Source: an uncultured archaeon
Lineage (GTDB): Archaea > Asgardarchaeota > Lokiarchaeia > Sigyniarchaeales > SOKP01
Assembly (NCBI GenBank): GCA_964508365.1
Contig: CAZDTP010000007.1
Coordinates: forward strand, 43,507-107,506
DNA: 64,000 nt
Reading direction: 5' to 3'
In this document: piece by piece, positions 60,274 to 64,000 of the stretch
How positions within the stretch are numbered: the first letter of the stretch is position 1
Layout: each line of letters opens with the position of its first letter
Translations under genes and position numbers: made by a program
Notes under the pieces: generated by a model
Told to the model about the DNA's origin: nothing
What the model saw: the letters and a program-made list of their open reading frames with translations, nothing else
The model's database searches: none

Positions 60274-61404
60274 ATGACTTTACGTGAAAGTATCCTCAAC
60301 ACTTTTGCCAAAAAGGAAACGCATCAGATTGTTTTTAGTCCAAGAATATACTACTGGTATCTTGGAAATAAAATATATTCAAAAAGGAAAAGCAATCTCT
60401 CTTCTAATATTCCTTCTCACTATTATGGTAAAAAGCAAATTGATATTTATACTGATTTGTGCGCCAGTCCGCGATATTCTGAAGAAACATTATATATCTC
60501 TTTATATGATGAAATAATCAACCCAGATGCCAATATTAAACTAATAAGGCAAAAAGGTTCTAAACCAGATGAAACTATTCTTTTATTTAAAACCCCTCAC
60601 GGTAAACTTAAGCAAACCGAATCAGTAGGCGGAGGAATTGGAGGAACTCTAACGGAATATCCGATAAAATCGCTTGAAGATATAAAAACAATGCAATATA
60701 TTCTAGAGAATACAACTTTCTATTTTTCAAAAGAAAAATATGAAACTGCTGATGCACAATTCGGAGAGAGTTGTGTAACTAGTACTTATTTATCAAAATC
60801 TCCTTACCAAAAGTTAGTTACTCAATTCATGGGTTTCACACAAACTATATTATTTTTAAAAAGATACCCTTCTCAAATGGATAATTTTATAAGGTTTTTG
60901 GAAGATTGGGACGATCAGATGTATTATCAAATCGAAAAATCTCCAATAGAAATTATAAACTTCGGTGAAAATCTCGATTCAAACCTGAGTCCTCCGCATT
61001 ATTTTGAGAAATATCATATTCCTTATTATGAAAAAAGAGTAAAGCAATTACATAGGGTCGGAAAGTATTGCCATATCCATATAGATGGTTCATTGAGAGA
61101 TTTTCTTCCTTACTTTGCGGAATTACCCTTTGATGGACTAGAAGCTTTGACAGCAAAGCCTCAAGGAGATGTAAGCTTAGAGGAAATCAAAAATTCAATC
61201 GGAGATAAGATTTTATTGGACGGAATTCCCTCAATCTTATTTTTACCTCAATATAACAAAAGTTATCTAAAAAAATATACTCAAACTGTTTTAGATTTGT
61301 TTTTTCCTAATCTAATCTTAGGAGTATCTGACGAGCTCTCACCTAATGGAGATATTCGAAAAATTGAGATGATTGCTAAGATGATTCAAAATTTCGAAGC
61401 ATAA
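60274..61404 (+). CDS. Uroporphyrinogen decarboxylase / MtaA-CmuA-like TIM-barrel protein
   Basis: NFGENLD..L.PP.YFEKY..PYY, HIHIDG, GLEALT..PQGD, LLDGIP, LGVSDEL. Confidence 0.75.
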   Translation: MTLRESILNTFAKKETHQIVFSPRIYYWYLGNKIYSKRKSNLSSNIPSHYYGKKQIDIYTDLCASPRYSEETLYISLYDEIINPDANIKLIRQKGSKPDETILLFKTPHGKLKQTESVGGGIGGTLTEYPIKSLEDIKTMQYILENTTFYFSKEKYETADAQFGESCVTSTYLSKSPYQKLVTQFMGFTQTILFLKRYPSQMDNFIRFLEDWDDQMYYQIEKSPIEIINFGENLDSNLSPPHYFEKYHIPYYEKRVKQLHRVGKYCHIHIDGSLRDFLPYFAELPFDGLEALTAKPQGDVSLEEIKNSIGDKILLDGIPSILFLPQYNKSYLKKYTQTVLDLFFPNLILGVSDELSPNGDIRKIEMIAKMIQNFEA

Positions 61405-61642
61405 AAATTAACCTAATTTATACGATCAAATTAATTAAAATATAGAGATATTCAAATCATCGAACCTAAAATGAGATTCAAATGAAGCTCCATGAATCAA
61501 AAAAATAAAACAAAATAATGTAATTTAAATCATCGTTAATCTCCAAAAAATGTTAGAAAGTTTTATATATAAAATCACCCAAATATTTTATCATTATCTA
61601 CTTCTTGCTTTAAGTAAAAGATAAAAGAAATGTTGGGAAAAA

Positions 61643-62533
61643 ATGGATGGTTCTTTATATTTATTCGGTGTTTTTTTAGCTATTTTATCTGGAAGTATAA
61701 ATAATATAGGTTTAGTTTTCCAAAAAAAGGTAGTTAATGAAGTAGCCCCTGAAGCAAAATTCTTTAGAAGTTTAGTGAAAAAACCTCTTTGGATAACAGG
61801 GTTGTTAATGGAATTAGCAATAGGCTCAGTTTTTTTCATGATCGCTCAAATTTATATAGGTCCCGCGTTAATACCCGGTTTGATGGCGTTTGGTTTAATT
61901 TTTCTCGCTATTGGGTCTGTTAAAATTGTTGGGGAGACTTTAAAAAAGGTAGAAATTATAGGAATTATCTTAATGATTTTAGCGATCTTTCTATTAGGTC
62001 TTTCTGAATTAAGTATAGATATTGCTGGTATAGATATACTAGCTTTTGACCTTGTACTTAACATGACTATTTTTACAGTTGTTTTATTTCTAGGTTCATT
62101 CATATGTGAGATTTTACAAAGAAAAATTGAAAAATTAAAAGGAATATTATTAGCAATATCCTCCGGATTCCAATTTTCATTAACTAATTTTTGGATTGCA
62201 CCGTTAATGGCGGTTATCGCTCATGTTTTTGGAGGAAATGCCACTTTAGGTGAATTATTCTTATTTATAGTATGTGCAGTAATATTAATTGCAGCAAGTA
62301 TCTTAGGGATTATGAAAATCCAACAATCATTCCAAGTAGCTAACGCTAGTCGAATGATTCCTATTCAGCAAGTACCTATACAAATTACACCAATAATAGC
62401 ATACTTTTTTGTATTCACACTACTGCCTTCTACAATCTTTCCTATTATATATGTGCTTATTGGTGTTTCTTTAATCTTATTAAGCTCGTTTCTCTTAGCG
62501 AAAAGACAAGCAGGATTAGAAGCTATAAAGTAA
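61643..62533 (+). CDS. DMT-superfamily (NIPA-like) membrane transporter
   Basis: IGLVFQKK...LVKKPLWITG, GPALIPGL, VGETLKK.E..G; about 9 TM. Confidence 0.75.
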   Translation: MDGSLYLFGVFLAILSGSINNIGLVFQKKVVNEVAPEAKFFRSLVKKPLWITGLLMELAIGSVFFMIAQIYIGPALIPGLMAFGLIFLAIGSVKIVGETLKKVEIIGIILMILAIFLLGLSELSIDIAGIDILAFDLVLNMTIFTVVLFLGSFICEILQRKIEKLKGILLAISSGFQFSLTNFWIAPLMAVIAHVFGGNATLGELFLFIVCAVILIAASILGIMKIQQSFQVANASRMIPIQQVPIQITPIIAYFFVFTLLPSTIFPIIYVLIGVSLILLSSFLLAKRQAGLEAIK

Positions 62534-62543
62534 GGTTAGAAAA

Positions 62544-63338
62544 TTGGCAAAAATAATATTCTTTCAACCACACCCGGATGATTTAGAGCTAAATTGTGGT
62601 CATCTCATTCATTACCTAGCAACAAAAAGTAAAAAGAAGCATATTATCAAGATTGCTTCAACAACTAAAGGTGAATATGGACTTCCTGGAGCTCAATATG
62701 ATAAGTTTAAAGGTGATTTTCTTGCAAAAGTTAGAACTCTAGAATTATACAATGCTCAAAGCATTCACGGAATACCTCCAGAAAATATACACTTTTTTGG
62801 ATATGTTGACGGTTTAGTAGAATTTACTAAAGAATTTGTAAACAAGATTGCTGAATATTTAAAGACGGAAAAACCTGATATAATTTTCGCACCAGAAGCA
62901 ATTTATACGGCTTATTATCATATGGATCATGTTAATACAGGTAGGGCAATATATTACTGCATTCATAACAAGTTAATCGACTTTACTCCAAAACTTTATT
63001 TTTATTCGACGTTAAGCCCAACATTTTACTTCGGTTTTAAAAAGGAGGATTTTTCTTTAATTGATCAATTACTTGCTTGTCATAAAACACAATTTTGGTT
63101 AATTAATTACGCTACATGGACATATAAACCAAAAACAAGATTAGCAGGAAGGAAGTTAAGCGGTTGGAAATATGCTGAGAAATATCGAAGAGTGTTTTTT
63201 CACAAAAATAATAAAAGTAAGAATAAACCATCATTAATGGTTAGAATGTTAAGCCATTGGTATTCAAGTATGCCTTTCTTTAAAGCTAAATACCCCCAAG
63301 ATGTATTAGAAATGCTTAAAAAAGAAGGAAAAATCTAA
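62544..63338 (+). CDS. PIG-L/LmbE-family N-deacetylase
   Basis: FQPHPDDLE..CG, TKGE.G, VR..E...A, YHMDH, HKTQ. Confidence 0.9.
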   Translation: MAKIIFFQPHPDDLELNCGHLIHYLATKSKKKHIIKIASTTKGEYGLPGAQYDKFKGDFLAKVRTLELYNAQSIHGIPPENIHFFGYVDGLVEFTKEFVNKIAEYLKTEKPDIIFAPEAIYTAYYHMDHVNTGRAIYYCIHNKLIDFTPKLYFYSTLSPTFYFGFKKEDFSLIDQLLACHKTQFWLINYATWTYKPKTRLAGRKLSGWKYAEKYRRVFFHKNNKSKNKPSLMVRMLSHWYSSMPFFKAKYPQDVLEMLKKEGKI

Positions 63339-63480
63339 TTATTTTAGGAGAATCTTTATAATATTTATAGTAAAAATATGTATCATGAAAATATATAAAG
63401 AAGAAAAGCGAAATAATTATAATATATAACAAAGAATTTAATTGATAATTGAATAACTAAAAGAAAAGAGGTGTTTTTTT

Positions 63481-63822
63481 TTGGCAACTCATGAAGAAGT
63501 TAAAGAAGCTTTAAATAAATGGGTGAAAATTCTTGATGATCCAGAGGTTGCGGATGAATTTGAAGGATTTAATAAGACGATGCAATTCGAATTTTCAGAC
63601 CTAGATTATAAAATAAAAATGATTTTTGAAAATAAAACAGCAAGATTAGAGGAAGGAATTGATGAAAACGCTGAAATGGGTTTAGAAGTCAATTCCGATC
63701 TTTTTGTGGGCATTGCTACCGGCGAAGTAGATCCAATGGAAGCCTTTATGGAAGGAGAACTTAAAACTAAAGGCGATATGGACTCATTACAGAAATTAGA
63801 TATCTTCATGGATATTGATTAG
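63481..63822 (+). CDS. SCP2 sterol/lipid-binding domain protein
   Basis: GEVDPMEAFMEGELKTKGDM..LQKL SCP2 signature. Confidence 0.88.
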   Translation: MATHEEVKEALNKWVKILDDPEVADEFEGFNKTMQFEFSDLDYKIKMIFENKTARLEEGIDENAEMGLEVNSDLFVGIATGEVDPMEAFMEGELKTKGDMDSLQKLDIFMDID

Positions 63823-64000
63823 CGAATTTTTATTAGAAATTAATTATTTTTTTTAAAATGTTTTTGTTTTGTTTGGAAAATATGAAGTTTTAATTGCATT
63901 GTTCAAAACCTAAGAATATTGAAAATAAGTATTTTCATAAGAAAAAAATATTATAATATAAAAAATTATTCTGGCTTGAGATAAAATGGAACCAATTGGT

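Noticed and set aside
2085-63809. Short ORFs in the track that overlap long genes (e.g. 2085-2351, 6284-6529, 20080-20328, 29852-30094, 56901-57365, 61852-62103)
   Set aside because: Antisense or alternate-frame shadows of well-supported genes with no motifs.
1-64000. CRISPR arrays, tRNAs, rRNAs, transposases, integrases
   Set aside because: No regularly spaced repeats, T-loop/CCA cloverleaf, GC-rich rRNA block or DDE/tyrosine recombinase motifs were seen by eye.

Overview
AT-rich archaeal chromosomal window, almost certainly from Lokiarchaeia (Promethearchaeota, Asgard archaea). The assignment rests on a Loki-type profilin, two Rab-like GTPases, two longin-domain proteins and an Rpn11/CSN5-like JAMM protein, set among archaeal housekeeping genes (thermosome, eL40, eL38, NusA-like, Pth2, TruD, AspRS, Map, Prs, ThrRS, translin, RibL, RibK, CDP-alcohol phosphatidyltransferase). 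It also holds fatty-acid and sugar catabolic genes, many lineage-specific membrane proteins and an orphan type III Mod-like DNA methyltransferase. I found no tRNA, rRNA, CRISPR array or transposase. The strongest unexplained signal is a 464-nt non-coding element at 28620-29083. It is closed by an 11-bp terminal inverted repeat, contains many hairpins, and on the minus strand has a TATA box upstream and a U-tract downstream, which suggests a large structured RNA that I could not assign to RNase P, SRP or 5S. Other leads are a possible divergent Bro1-like protein, a polytopic membrane protein ending in a longin domain, and three genes whose essential N-terminal motifs lie upstream of any usable ATG/GTG/TTG. 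All family assignments come from motif recognition by eye; no searches were run.
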